DNA of 64,000 bases from Chrysomallon squamiferum (GCA_012295275.1 CM022670.1:33356001-33420000); one strand, 5' to 3'. Positions 25,177 to 39,654 are shown, counted from the first letter of the stretch. A program made the numbers and translations. The notes: a model not told the origin generated them from the sequence alone.

Positions 25177-25429
25177 TTAAGTCCACTGACTATAACTCGA
25201 CACAAGAAGACAGAAAGTGCTGACAGCTCGGTATCATCACTGTCTGACCACATCACCTCAAGTGACCTTAGAGCAGTATCATCCCCTCCCTCCACACCAC
25301 GCACCATGTCCCCGGGGATGTCACCACTCGCCTCTCCAAGCCTTATTAGAGGATTTGGTGCCAACTCTGACATCATTCCATCAACTTATGAAAAAACAAT
25401 CAAAATTAAGAAGGGAAGCGACCAGTTAG
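25177..25429 (+). CDS. MPDZ: MPDZ exon, linker to PDZ6 start (LSPLTITRHKK...YEKTIKIKKGSDQLG)
   Basis: aaacag| acceptor, TTAG|gtaagc donor, 253 nt, phase 0 to 1. Confidence 0.9.
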
Positions 25430-25586
25430 GTAAGCATGTTAATTTGTTTTTATTTCAGATTTATTGAGTATCTGATTATAATGTTTTAATTGTTAAAATA
25501 ATTCTGAGAAAAAAAAAATAAAGAGTAAAATATAAAAGGACATTATGATTGTCTGTTATGTGAGTACGTTAATTTGCATGTCAAAA

Positions 25587-25618
<32 letters not shown>

Positions 25619-25988
25619 GAATAGTTATTTGAAAATTAAAAAACAAGATTATAATAATAAATAAAAAATTTTTAAAAATGTTTTAAAAGAACAAGGAATG
25701 TATTTGATTCAGTTGTTTATCAGTTTTAAAATTTCATATACATGGCCATTTATATTTGCATTATATTATTGTTACGATTGTTTTCAGTATTTGTTACCAA
25801 ATGCTTTTAATGTTTCTGACTGAAATATAATGTTTCTATTTCATTTTATTTATATCATTTTGTATAACATAATAATAATAATAATAAAACCACATTAACT
25901 ATATCTACATCTGTCATCCATCATCATCATTATCATCATAACATCATCATCATCATCTCATCATTTTAAATATGAATTGGTTTTGCAG

Positions 25989-26190
25989 GTTTAACGCTGG
26001 AGGCTGTGGATCGTGGAATAAATGGTTGTATTGTGAAAGCTATTGCAAAGGGTGGCGCTGTGGACAAAGATGGCCGACTGGCTGTAGGAGATTACATTGT
26101 TCAGATGAACAACGAAAGTATGCGGAAAATTACCAATGCTCAGACTCGGGCAATCCAGCGTAGAGCTTCTCTCCTCAGCAACGATGCAAG
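25989..26190 (+). CDS. MPDZ: MPDZ exon, PDZ6 (LTLEAVDRGINGCIVKAIAKGGAVDKDGRLAVGDYIVQMNNESMRKITNAQTRAIQRRASLL)
   Basis: ttgcag| acceptor, AG|gtatgt donor, phase 1 to 2. Confidence 0.95.
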
Positions 26191-26780
26191 GTATGTTTCA
26201 GTGTAATAATAACATACGCAGTGAGGGAGAGAGAGAGAGAAAAAACATCTTTTTAGATGTTATTATTGATTTTGGTCATACAAATGTACAAATAAGACTG
26301 AGCTGACAAGAATTAATTTTATTATTTATTTGATTATTTAACACATTACAGCAGAATAAAAATTAATTAAAACAACTTTTTAAATTTTTTAAACAATTTT
26401 TTAATTTACTTGTAAATTATAGATGCACATCAAGACTTTTGTTGTTGTTTTTTGTTGTTGACAGTGGTTCAGATAATAAAATAATAAAATACTGATTATT
26501 CGGATTATATTTTAATTTAAGTTTGATAATCTACCTAAATTTACAAAAGAACTCACTGAAACAATGGAGTGTTTTTAATTTGAATCACTGTGATTAAAAG
26601 ATGATGAACAAATCAAATAGTAACAGTATATTAAAATAATGATTGATAAAATAAAAACGTTATTTAGTGAGACCACATAACAAAGTTACTTTGCATATAG
26701 TATTTTAAGAAAGCTATAAGCAAATAAGTGTTTTCAATAGCCATTTTTATTTTGCTATTTTATACACACACAAAACAATG

Positions 26781-26825
<45 letters not shown>

Positions 26826-28047
26826 ATGTATTTACTGAACTTGTACTTTTATTATTTTGACAATGGAACATAATTGTAATTAGAAATGGAAGCACTAAAA
26901 AATCAGCACATGCTATGAATTGATTCTGATGGAAAAAAAAACCCTCTATTAATTTAATAAATAAAAGTACAGGAAAATATCAGTGCAGGACTGCTGAAGC
27001 CTTTGATGTCAGTAAAATAGAAAAAAAGAAGAAAGGTTGAAATACATGATGCCTATAGGCAAAATGAAAACAAGGAGAATAAGCTATTTTATGTACATTA
27101 TCCCATAGAAAAAATATAATATCTTACTAATTAATGTGGAATCGTTCCAAACCCTTCTTTCAAAATCAATATTTTTAAATAATGGAATATTCACTTATCA
27201 GCACCAGAGCACATTTAAATAATAACACCTTTTTTATGTTAAGCATGTGTTTGGGTTCTTTGGGGTTTTTTTATATGAGGAAATAAAAATGGAATGCTAG
27301 TAGCTCAAGTCCTTCCATCCACTATCCTTTACATATTAGCAATAAGAACTTATTCACAGATAGGAAAACACATATCATCTTTTATAGACTGGTAAAAGAT
27401 GCAAAATACTGTAGTTAAGTCAACTAATGTCTTTTTACCAGAGATTTATTGTTTTCTTTATAACTTTTAGCTACTGTTATCATTTTTACAACCTTATCCA
27501 TGATACATCATTTTAATCCATACCGTTAATTTATGTTTATGATGATAGTACCAAAGTTTACATTGTTTTCTTTTTAAATATTCGCAGCTGTTGTCTTCTA
27601 ACAATCTTATCCATCATACGTAATGCATAGATAATTTTCATCCATGCTGATTATTTCAGCTCATTTACATTTGTGATGACGAAGTGTTTTTCTGGCTGCA
27701 TTTCTGTGTGTGATATATCTTTTCACTATATTTCATTATCACTGGCATTTTAAGGATATTCCATGTAACTATCTGTGTCATGCAAGCATTGTCAACCCTG
27801 TCAGTTTGTTTAAAAGGCAAACGGCTCTCTTCCACACACTTTTCTTACTAGCTGATTGATTTTGCTGAGATAGCATCTACAGATGCCAGACACGAAAAAC
27901 TGCTCAGGATTTGCATGAACTTCCTGGAGCTGAATAATGATGTTTTGTCACAGAGGAAGACAGTAACTTTGTTTTCAGTCATTACACTTGGTTGCAGGCT
28001 GCTGTACATATCAGTTTACAATTATGTAATAGACATGTATTTGAGCA

Positions 28048-28054
28048 ACACACA

Positions 28055-28094
<40 letters not shown>

Positions 28095-28307
28095 CACACA
28101 CACATACACATACATACATATGTACACACACACACACATACACACACCCCTACCGAAACTCATGCATTAGATATAGATACACAATACATACTTATTATCT
28201 ATCTTTCTATCTGTTTGTATCTTAACTATTTTTATATATTTACATATATTTACTCACACAAATAGTATAGTGATAGATATAAACACACACATTATCTATT
28301 GATCCAC

Positions 28308-28352
<45 letters not shown>

Positions 28353-28445
28353 ACATACAGACATATGTACATACACACATACATACATACACACATAAAC
28401 ATACATAAACATACATCAACACTACATTTATACATACACATATAT
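28048..28445. repeat. (CA)n/(CATA)n compound microsatellites
   Basis: Directly visible. Confidence 0.9.
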
Positions 28446-29392
28446 TGTACTTAAATTGCTCAAATGTGTACACAATGTTAGATATGGTACAGTATGAATA
28501 AAATAAAAATTCAAAATATGTTTTTAAGTTTAATTTGCAGAAAATGTTGCTGAAGTGTTTGCTAGTAAAGAAGATATTTTTTTCTTTCTTTTATTCCCCT
28601 AAATATTTACTGTTTTGCAAAATTTTCTTTTTCAAAGATTACATTAGGGTATAAAAATGTTTCAGTGATTATGTACATAAAGTTTCTAAAATTTTTGTAA
28701 TATATTTAATGTGTTGTTAAAACCAGTATTTTTTTTTTTTTTTTTTACAAGACTTTTGGCATTTCATTTGTTTCTGTATACTTTTAATTTTCTCTTATTA
28801 TTTGCGAAATCAATAGTAATTTATTGACCTTATCAAAAACATTAAGAAAAAAAAATCTCTACTAAAAGATGCCAAAAAACTTAAGGAAGAGAATGCAGCA
28901 GAGATCAATGTAAGAATACACTGAGCTTGTGTAATAAGCAATTGTTACGAAGAAATCAATAATGGAAGAAATTGACTTTGACCTGTTGCTGAATGTAGCC
29001 ATGGGTCACAAGACACTGAATCCATAAGCATGACAGTCCTTTAGAATCCCACATTTGTCTAACAGTTTTAACTCTCTCCTTGTTACTGAATTTGTATTTT
29101 TCTTCTTTGACTGTGGTTCTTAAGAAAAAGATATCTGGTATCATGTAAAAGAAAATATATGGAACAAAATGCATGTTGTAATCTTTTTTTTCTTCTTAAA
29201 TGATAAATTTTAACTTACTAATATTAGTCTTATTATTTTTGTTTGCATTAATTTATTCAATTTAAAGAACTGAATACTGAATTGATCAAGAACATTTTTT
29301 TTTCTTCTATTTTGAACTTTCTTGTTATGTTTTCCTGAAACTTCTTGTCTCTGGTTAAACCTAATATGAATGTTTTGTTTTCCTTAGAGTGA

Positions 29393-29425
<33 letters not shown>

Positions 29426-29475
29426 GTTTTACCTGGTTGATTTTTAAATCTTCATTTGAAAAAAATTAAATTAAA

Positions 29476-29515
<40 letters not shown>

Positions 29516-32294
29516 ATTAAATGTCAATTAGGTTTTTTAAAAAAAACCAAAACCAAAAAAAGTTTTAATTTTTATTCTACAGCCATAATTCTTATCATGT
29601 AATCCACATCAGTGCTATTAAATTCTGTATTTGGTCTTGAATTCCAATACTTCAGTCTTAGACTTGAACTTTAAATCTAATATCTTGTGATTGATTTATT
29701 TCATTGTGAGGACAACAACCAATTTAAAAACAGTTACATAAGTACCACAGAACTTCCTGGTTTTACTGTAAATAGACACATTTAATGGAAGTGACAAAAA
29801 ACATTTCTACCAACCATTCAACTTCTCAACTGCTTAAGGCCAGATTCCCTGTTTGTTCTTGCACTGTTTGAATTTCATTTTGTCAGTAGTATCATGTTGT
29901 GATCACTAGATTAGAGGCACTGGCTTTTTCAAAACAGAAGGGAAAAAAAAAAAATAATAAGACAGAAAAATAAAGAGGAAAATGTTGAATGTTTTTTTTA
30001 ATTTTCCAATTGTAAATTTCAAAATCAAATATTAATTTGGGTTATTTACGGCCTTTATGTTATAATAAAAAAGATACTAAAACAATAATTAAACCAGAAG
30101 AAAAGCTATCATTATTTAATTTTTTTTATTCCTATAGTTTTCCTTTTTGATGTTAAAATAAATAAATAAATAACTAGATAAATAAATAAATAAATAAACA
30201 AAATAATGATCTTTTTTATTTTTAAAATCAAAATTCAGAATTACCCAATAAAGTGGAATTTACAAATTCTATATGGACTTAACTCATTTCATTTAAAAAA
30301 AAAGAAGCTTATTTTGATTTACAACACACATGTGGTTTCTTCTTACCCATTAAGCCCCGAAATCTATTGTGATATACGAAAACGGACATTCGCAAATGGT
30401 CTGGTCTGTTTCAATTATCAACACACAAACACCAGAGTAACTTTTCTAAGTGAAAAAGTCACACAAGCTTCGCCAGTTCAAAAATAAATTGATCAAGCTA
30501 ATCTAAATACTGTAACCAAGTTGTGGAATTAGTATTAAGAGAAGGTGTGTACTGGCTGCAAGTTAACGATCAGACAGACAATTCCAAGTATTGGAGGTCA
30601 ATAGAAAAAGTCCAGCTTCTATTTACTTGGATGATGAGGGTGGTGGGATGTCTCCATTCTACACTCTATATTGCTCCCCAGACAAGCAGCCCTGCTTTCA
30701 GAGCCATAGTCCTAACCAAAAGGTATTAGGGAAATTAGCTTTTGGTCAATATAAGTAATTTCTCTTCCCATGTCTGCAGGCTCATTTTAAAATAATGAGG
30801 CGGAGCCTGTTTTTACAAATTCTGGGATGTTTTGGTTTTAATTTTTCATTTCTTAACCAAAGCTGTTACAGAATAAAGGTTTAGATTCATGTATGTATTT
30901 GTGTTCTGGTGGTACATGAATGCTAGGTTTATTACTGTTGTTAGATTAATTCCAGGAACTGTATGAAAGAAGATTTATAAGGTAGGGAAGCATTTTATTT
31001 GGTAATTTAAACTGTGAGATTTGATATACATTATGGTTGGCATTAACTTCAAATTGAAAATCAATATATCACATAGAATTATACACAATTTCTGAATGAA
31101 TATTCACACACAGAAAAGTGAAGACATGGGTACCATTTCATTTAAAGCAGTAATTCATGTTCCTTTTATAATCATCTGTATTTTCTCTCTACCAGTCTGC
31201 TATTTAATAATTTTGCTAAAATGTTTTACTGAAACCACCATTTCAGTCATGGGTCATTGTTTCTATATTTCATTGTTTTGGTTGAAAACCTACTTTTCTA
31301 TGTGGTAAGATCAGCACCAAAATACAATCAAATATTTTTTTTGGAATCATTAAAACTATCTGAAAAATATAGCTTATTAATCCATGTAATGTCATAATGT
31401 AAGCAAACAGTATTCTCATATATATATATATTATATATATATATATATATTATGTGTGTGTGGGTTTGTGTGAAAATAAAAAAAATGTAAATAGATATAA
31501 ATTAGATGAGTTTCACAGCACATAAAAAGATAATAATAATAATAATAAAGCCAATATATATATATATATTTATTTATTTATTTATTATTATTATTAATTT
31601 TTTTTAATCCACCCACATAAATACAGCTTAACTGGCAGAAATCATGATTTCCAAAGGTTTATTATAGCGTGTAAAGTGGAGATTTATTAGATCAGCTCTG
31701 AAGCTCTGCAGGGATATCTACCATGACACATTCATTAATTTGAAGCACTTGTTATGTAACACAGAAATTCAGATTTCATTCAACACTGACCATTTCAAAA
31801 TGTGCTAGGCAGGATGTACCAATGGTGTGCAGTTGCCTTTCATGCCAGTAGAAGTGTCTAAATGGAACAAATGAAGCAGCAGATCAATACATTTCTACTG
31901 AATTAATCAATAAGTGAGCTGCAAATTTCCCTCGTAGTTAATCAAATATGAAATACAGGACACCTTAACCCAGCACTTTTGAAAAATAATTTGATTTGTA
32001 AAATTTTCACGTTTTCATTCTTTTGATTGCTCAGACTGGGCTGTAAATATTTCCCCTTCTTATCGAAACAGTTGTGGAATTTAATTCTGTAATGCAGAGA
32101 ATAAAATACATATGTATTTTGCTCGACTTCAGTTGCTGAGAAGTTAAGGGAATGTTTGATACGGTAAAGTTTGTGTAAAATTAAAATAAAAAAATTACTG
32201 TTCAAGTTTAAAACAGGGAAAATGTTGCTGGAGTGTTTGTTGTTTGGAAATTTGTTTTTGTTTCCCCTAAATATTTACCATTTTGAAAGAGTTT

Positions 32295-32330
<36 letters not shown>

Positions 32331-33575
32331 CTTTTTTTTGTATGGTGTATATAAACACATTAAAAATTCAGAACTTTTGTAGTGTAATTTATTGATAATA
32401 TATATATTTCACAAATTTTTGCTTTTATAATTCATAAATGTCAGTAAGTTTTGTTTATAAAAATGTAAATTGTGCATTTTATTACACAAGTTATTATTTG
32501 TATTGTTGTAGTGGCAGAAATAATTTTTCACTTTTTCACATAGCCTATAAACAATATTGATTTCTTAATATTTCATGGAAAGAAGATACTTTACACAAAT
32601 AAATAATATTCATGGATATTTTATGTTAAACATTTCAAACTGATAAAAAAAAAAAAAAAATGAAAGTGATGTGCAATACACATCACCATTAACTTCTGAA
32701 TGTAATAAAATTAAGCTAAATTAAATAGCTGTTACAGCAGTGAAAATGAAAGAGTGGAAACTAAATTTTACTGTTCCTGGTTCTGTGCTGGTCTTTGATC
32801 AGTTAAGGTTCTGGAGTTTATTATGGACATCATCTTGAAATCAATGTTCTGACTGTGTTTGCATCTCATGGGCTTCCTTAGGTTTTCTTGTCTTCAACTG
32901 TGAAATTGTGTGTGTTGCTTTTTTTCTTTATATATCAGGAAATGCTGGTCAGACTGAATTAGATGAACTGAAGTAAACAATTTTGGAATTAATATAAAAA
33001 GAAAAAAAAAGAAATAAGAAAATTAAAAATGAAGAATGAATGTTGGAAATATCGGTCAAAATGAATTACAGTATCTATAGCTTTGGAAAGAATTAAAATC
33101 TGTTTAAGACATCAACAACAACAACAACAAAGACAACAACCAAAAATTAAAATAAATATATATTGAAAAAAACATGCTTCATAGAATATATGTCACATTC
33201 ACATATTTGGAAAATAGTGGATAAAGTGTATTAATTGTATCAATGTAAACAGTTATAAAAAAAATTAAAATATATTGTGTATAAATTTACACTGTTTTTC
33301 TTTCATGTCTGAAGTTTGTTTCTGATCCCAAATTATTTTTAAAAATTATTTTAAAACAAATAAATACAGATTATGCTAGTCTTTTTTAATCCTTATTTTA
33401 ACACTGGAGTTTAAAAGTTGAAAAGGATCGTAAATAATATATATTTTTTATTATCTACTTAATGTTTTGCATATTGCACATATGTATGGAGACATCTGCT
33501 TCAAGTCAATAATTTACATTTATTTTTTATTTTATTTATTTCTGTTATTATTAGATATCTATCTGTGTATTTCAG

Positions 33576-33680
33576 TATTACTTACATATCAAGTTCTGAT
33601 GCAGCTGCTCACCGTGAGACAGTGAGCCAGCGAAGTTCAGAGCAGAGTCCTCTACACACTCCAGCCATGCCTTCACCCAG
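33576..33680 (+). CDS. MPDZ: MPDZ exon, PDZ6 end plus linker (SITYISSSDAAAHRETVSQRSSEQSPLHTPAMPSP)
   Basis: tttcag| acceptor, CAG|gtgagt donor, 105 nt, phase 2-2. Confidence 0.9.
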
Positions 33681-33961
33681 GTGAGTCGTTCAGTCAAAAT
33701 ATCTGTGTCTTTAAGGTAAAATAGTCCTATTATATACCTGTCTTGATGTTCTGACTTTAACAGTGCCTTCAAGTGAGCATCCAGGCTTGTTATATATCAA
33801 CAACAATAAAATAATAATAATAAAAAAAAAAAAAATAATAATAATAATAATAAATAAATAAATAAACAAATTAATAAATAAAATTTAAAAAATTACTTAA
33901 TACCTGACTTGATAAAACATTAACCATGCCTCCAGGTTATCATTTAGACTAATTACATATA

Positions 33962-34001
<40 letters not shown>

Positions 34002-36189
34002 AATAATTAAAAAATAAATATATAAGATTTAATTTTTTTTTTAAATTACCTAATAGCCAATTTGATCATACTTTAATTTTGTCTTCAGGTCAGCATTCAG
34101 ACATATATTATCTCCAAAAAAAAACCACCACTTTCCCCCCCCCAAAAATAAAAAAAATAAAATAAAAGTAAATAAATAAAAATAAATAAATAAAAGCAAA
34201 AACAATTACCAAATATCTGACTTGGTCAGAGTTTGACGTTCTTTTACACAAGTAAATTATACAAAAACAGAATATCTCAAAGCAGAAAAGAATAAAGACC
34301 TGATTTATCAAAATGTACTAGAACCAGATACATGTAATGTGGCTGAAACTTTTTATTTTATTTTCGTAAAATATTTACCAGCTCTTTTAAAGTAACTGAG
34401 ATTTGTAGTTTCTTTTATTGACAGAATTAGTCACTAGGTACAAATAACTAAAAGGAATAAATTAATGAATGTCTAAATCTTTAACAATAACTTAAAACAT
34501 TTTTCTATGCTGAACAAATAACTTTTTATTATTATTTTTTTTCGTATTTTGATATATATGAGAAATACTGCTATCATTATTCCATGGATTGCATTTGTCA
34601 TTCCTACATATCAATGCCCTGTGACACATTCTGGAATAGTAAAAAAAAAAAAAAAAAAAAAAGCCTAGTTGAAGCTTTGGGGAAGACATCAAGTCTCCAC
34701 CATAAACTGTTAAATCACTCTGATGGCCTAATTGAAACATTCTTTTTACAGATACAACTAGGTCAGTCCACAGACCTGAAACTGAAAAGGAGGAGCAATG
34801 ATTTAAACATACATTTCCTCTTAACACTGACAGCTCTGTGCAGCCAGCATTTGATTTAGATTAATTTTTGCTGATTACTATTGATCACTGGTTACTGTAA
34901 CGAAGTACTAAAACCAGTTTTTAGATGATTGATACCATAGATAATGGTCAGCAATACTCTTTGACCATACGTACCTGAACTCTGTATAGTCTTGTTTGAT
35001 CACGCTGAAAGAGATAATGACTACAGCTTAGAAGAATGTTTGGAAAGATTTTGCTAATAATTTAATTTGATCTGTTCATCCTGCTGCCTTGAAGCAGTTT
35101 GTCAGGTTCAGAAACTAGAAAGATTTCCTCTTCAGTACATTTGCTAATGTATAAACAGGTTTTTTTCTCTCTCTCTCTCTTTACTTCATGTATTGACCAT
35201 GCTACATAATGTGTCTACAGCAGAAAATGTATTAAATAAACATCAAACGAGAAAAAAATCATTCAGATTTCAGCAGTGGTACCTTTTATCAGAGGTTTAT
35301 TTTATCTTTAGGCTGTTAGTTTTAGGATCTAGAATTTCTTTCTTTTATATTTTTTTCATCTTCTTTTTTCACAATTTTCAAACTTTTATTTTATATTTTT
35401 ATTGTATTTTGTTATAATTTATAATGTATGTATATAATAATTTATAATATATGTGTATTTAAAACATGAAATTAAGTTTTATGCCATTAAAATTGAAATG
35501 CTAACATTGCTAATTTTTACATTTTTCTTAATGGTTAGAATACCAAAATTAATGCTAAGTTCAAAAAGTCAAATCTGTTTCTGTGCATAGTACGTACACA
35601 AGACAATAATTTATTTTTATAGATTTTCTGTAGTCCATTTCTGATTTATTCCCACAGTTCAGATTTTTCAGTTTTAAGAGAAAATGATCATATATTGGTA
35701 GTAAATTAGTTAAGATGGAGAAAACAAAAATAATATAAAAAGAAAAGATTTGTAGAAAAGACAGTACTGGTTATAATTATCATAAATCTTTTTCTCAAGA
35801 AATAAGAAAGATTACAGTTTGGTACACAGTGTGTGCATCAATGTGAACAACAAATTAATGATATCATTGCATGAATTGTATGATTAAAATAGCAGTTGTT
35901 TATGCCATAATGTGTTCTACAGAACCACTTCCTGATTCCAAAACACTTTCTTTGTGAATCATTTGCATACATCTTCAGTAATGTGGCTGCAAAATTAGTT
36001 TAATAATGCGATGAAAAACTGTAAAGAAATTTTTTCTGGTCTGCTGGTCTGCATGCTTCATTATACTGTATGATCCTAATCACTGATGTTTTGAATTTAT
36101 AGACATTTTCTACCAAAACCAGTCACATGAACATTTAACCTTGTGTGCATTAGTGTGACAAATTTTTAGTTTTATGAATTAAATTTTGC

Positions 36190-36249
<60 letters not shown>

Positions 36250-36349
36250 GGTGTTATGCATTATCTGTCATTCAGTCATTCTGGTTAGATTTTTTTGTTG
36301 TTGTTTTTTGAGTATTTGTGCTTTAATGTTTATATATGTGTACATAGAT

Positions 36350-36387
<38 letters not shown>

Positions 36388-36965
36388 GTGTCTTTTCTTT
36401 CTTTATTCAATTTTCAGTTTGAAAAAAAAAAATTAATAATGAGACATTTTAGATTTATTAGAAATTGATCCAGATTGAAAGATTTAAAGTGGTGAGGCAC
36501 TAGTACAATAAACCTTAATAAAGTTTATGTAAATTATGATAATAAATCAAAGAATGTTTGACAACACACTAACATGTATATATACTTTTTTAATTAAATT
36601 TTTATACTTATTTTTGTTTGTGGTTATTATGTGTCAGGTATGTTTTGATTTATTTATTTTAATTTTATTTATTATTTATTTATATATTTATTTATTTATT
36701 TATTTATTTTAACAATAATAAACAAACCCACTGGCATTTCTTCACAAGCTATACTTACCAGTAAATATTAAGAGATCTTTAATTTAAATCCTAACATACT
36801 CTTCAAAATACAAACCCTGCTTTGGAATTACTCATTGTGAATGTTGGATGGAACTTCAAAGAACCATTCTAAATTTAACGGTTCATCATATCAGTGATGT
36901 ATTTTTATTTTATTTCATCATCATAATAATAATCATAATAATTTTATGTTAACATCAGAGATTAG

Positions 36966-37104
36966 GCTCATGAATGATGAAGAATGCAGACCAGAAAAAA
37001 TTTCTTTACAGTTTGTCATCACATTATTAAACTACTTTGCTGAAGATGAACGCAAAACATTCTTGAAGAAGGTGCTTGGGAATGAGAAAGTGGTTTTGTA
37101 GAAT
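36966..37104 (+). mobile_element. Probable Tc1/mariner transposase relic
   Basis: Translates ...LLNYFAEDERKTFLKKVLGNEKVVL*N, resembling the mariner 'FL.RIVTGDEKWVLY.N' motif around the first catalytic Asp; 'AHE' upstream resembles WVPHEL. Confidence 0.4.
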
Positions 37105-37484
37105 GCATTTTGACATAAATAATTGCTATTTTAATCATACAATTCTTACAGTTGTATTATTAAGTTTTTATGTATTTTGATGCACATTGACATACCAAAC
37201 AGTTTTATTTTTTTATTTATTGAGAAAAATATTGATGATAATTATAGTCATTTTCATCATAATCATCATCGTCCTTTTGTTTTATTTCATTGTGTATTGT
37301 ATTCTATTACTACTACTGCTGTGTTTACTTCTACTACTCTTACTACTACTACTACTACTACTACTGCTAGTTATTATTATTAATGACTTTGTTCTCTTCA
37401 TGTCAACATTATCATCTTCATTTTGGGATTATTTTTTTGATTATAATTATAATTGATTATAATGTTTTGTTTTTGTTTTTTCAG

Positions 37485-37714
37485 TGCTGTGTTGTGTAAT
37501 TCGCCTCGCCGGCTGGGTTCAGCAGCAAGTGATCACAGTGCTGACATCACTGGTTCTTCTGTCGATCCTGTCCCCTCCCCTCCACCAACAGAACCAAGAC
37601 AGAAGTCCCTGGCATCAGATGGTTCACCTGCCATCAGCAACCAAGCCTGGGGACCTCTCAGAACAGTAGTGCTAGAAAGAGAACCAGGCAAAAGTCTTGG
37701 TATCAGCATTGTCG
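37485..37714 (+). CDS. MPDZ: MPDZ exon, linker to PDZ7 start (AVLCNSPRR...WGPLRTVVLEREPGKSLGISIV)
   Basis: tttttcag| acceptor, G|gtgagt donor, phase 2 to 1. Confidence 0.93.
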
Positions 37715-38043
37715 GTGAGTTTTAGTTTCAAAATACAGTAATGTTTTTTATTTCTGTAACTGAATCAAAATTACTTGAATATTCTCTTTCTTCTTATTAT
37801 TAAATTTGTTAGCAAGCTCATCTCTCTTCAAAACTAAATAAATATATATATATATAGATATATATTCTTTTTTTATCTTTTAAGCTTTCCTGCGATAACA
37901 TAATTCTGATTTGCTTTGCATTTTTATGTAGTCTTTTTAAATCATAGTAGTCGTAACTTTTAACAAATTTATTTATTTACCATATTTGTTTATTTTATCT
38001 TTTTAAATAGTTTTCAGATTTAACATTAAATTATTATTTATAT

Positions 38044-38078
<35 letters not shown>

Positions 38079-39077
38079 TTATTATTATTATTTTTATTTT
38101 TAAATAAATATAAATGATGTCTTTGCTAACAGTTTCAAAATTGGTTATTACAAATCTCTGATTCGGCTGATTGGTTTTCTGTAGGTTACATGTCTACAAA
38201 GTCAGGTAAAGCTTTGCCTAAAAAAAAATAAAAATAAAAAAAATCTTCAACCCAATTGTGTTATTTTGTTAACAAGTTAACATGTTGTTAATATTCAGTT
38301 ATTTCTAATATCTTTTTACTTTTTCTGTTTAAAAACCAAAAACATAAATATCACTGGATTTGCATAACATGTTGCAAATTATATTTTTGATTCATTAATG
38401 TGTTGAACATTAATAATGTTTCTGTTTACTAATTTGATATTGCTATTCGAAATAATATATTTATTGTGCATTTGTGAAAGTCCACAAATAAATTACAAGC
38501 TATCTGCTGATGTATTTGTCTGGGTGGATCTCAAAAAGATTAATATTATGTTAATGTATTTTCTGTGTCTGTATGTGTCATTTGTGAAAGGTAAATAAGT
38601 AAAATATCCATAGGAATAATTCATACACTGTTTTTTTTAAATAGTCTGTAATAACAATAATTAGATACATATCTGTATTAAATTATTATTTTTCTAGTGT
38701 ACAGTTTTTATTTTAATAATTCAAAGATTTAAAAATTATGATTATTATCCTTTTTTTTTTTTTTTAAATTAAAATAATAAAAAGTTTTGTGTCTGGAAAT
38801 TCAAATCATGTAAATGTCAGTGTTTGAGTGGTCTCAGTAAAAGGTGCATGTGGATTTAATCATTGTTTTGCAATTTTAATTACCTGGTCACATTTCTGTA
38901 AAGTGCACTTCCCATGTGGATTTAGCATTTTGAACTTAATGATGAATGATTTTAACCTTGTTGGGAAGCTGACGTAAGGAAGAGTCAGTTATATCAGCAC
39001 TAACAGTTTACATAAAAACGTCTGAATTTGTGTTTTATGTGAGTTTGTTTTTATGTGTGTACATTACTGTGATTTCC

Positions 39078-39122
<45 letters not shown>

Positions 39123-39654
39123 TGTTTTCTTGTTAAAAAGTGTAAAGTCATTTTGCTTTTTAATTTTGCTTTTTCTTTTCAAGCAATTAAACTTTTAAAC
39201 CTCTCAAGTCATTTTGGCAGCATTTTGGAACATGTAGAAAGCCATAAACTGCTGTCTATATAAATATTTTAGTCAGTTATTATAATATATATCTCTTTTT
39301 TTCTTTTGTTTTAATTTCAATATTCATGTTGGTCGAAACTGAAATACATTTGAATTCAAAACAAGTAACTGCAACCCAAAAATATGTATATTTAAAAAAA
39401 AATTAATGAAAAGTGTTGATTTAAAACATGTTCATTTGCAATAAACCATTCTGTTGCTGATTCTCACTAACAAAAGGTATTTTCTTTCTTTCTTTCTTTT
39501 TCTTTTTTTTTTCTGTTTTTTAAAACAAAATTTTTTAAAACTATATTGACAGTTCCCACACCTCATAACCATGTAGATTGTTTGTATGTAGAATTAGCTC
39601 AGATTTGTTGTGTTCTGATTATACTGTAAAGTTGACGGTTTTTTTCTCTGTCAG

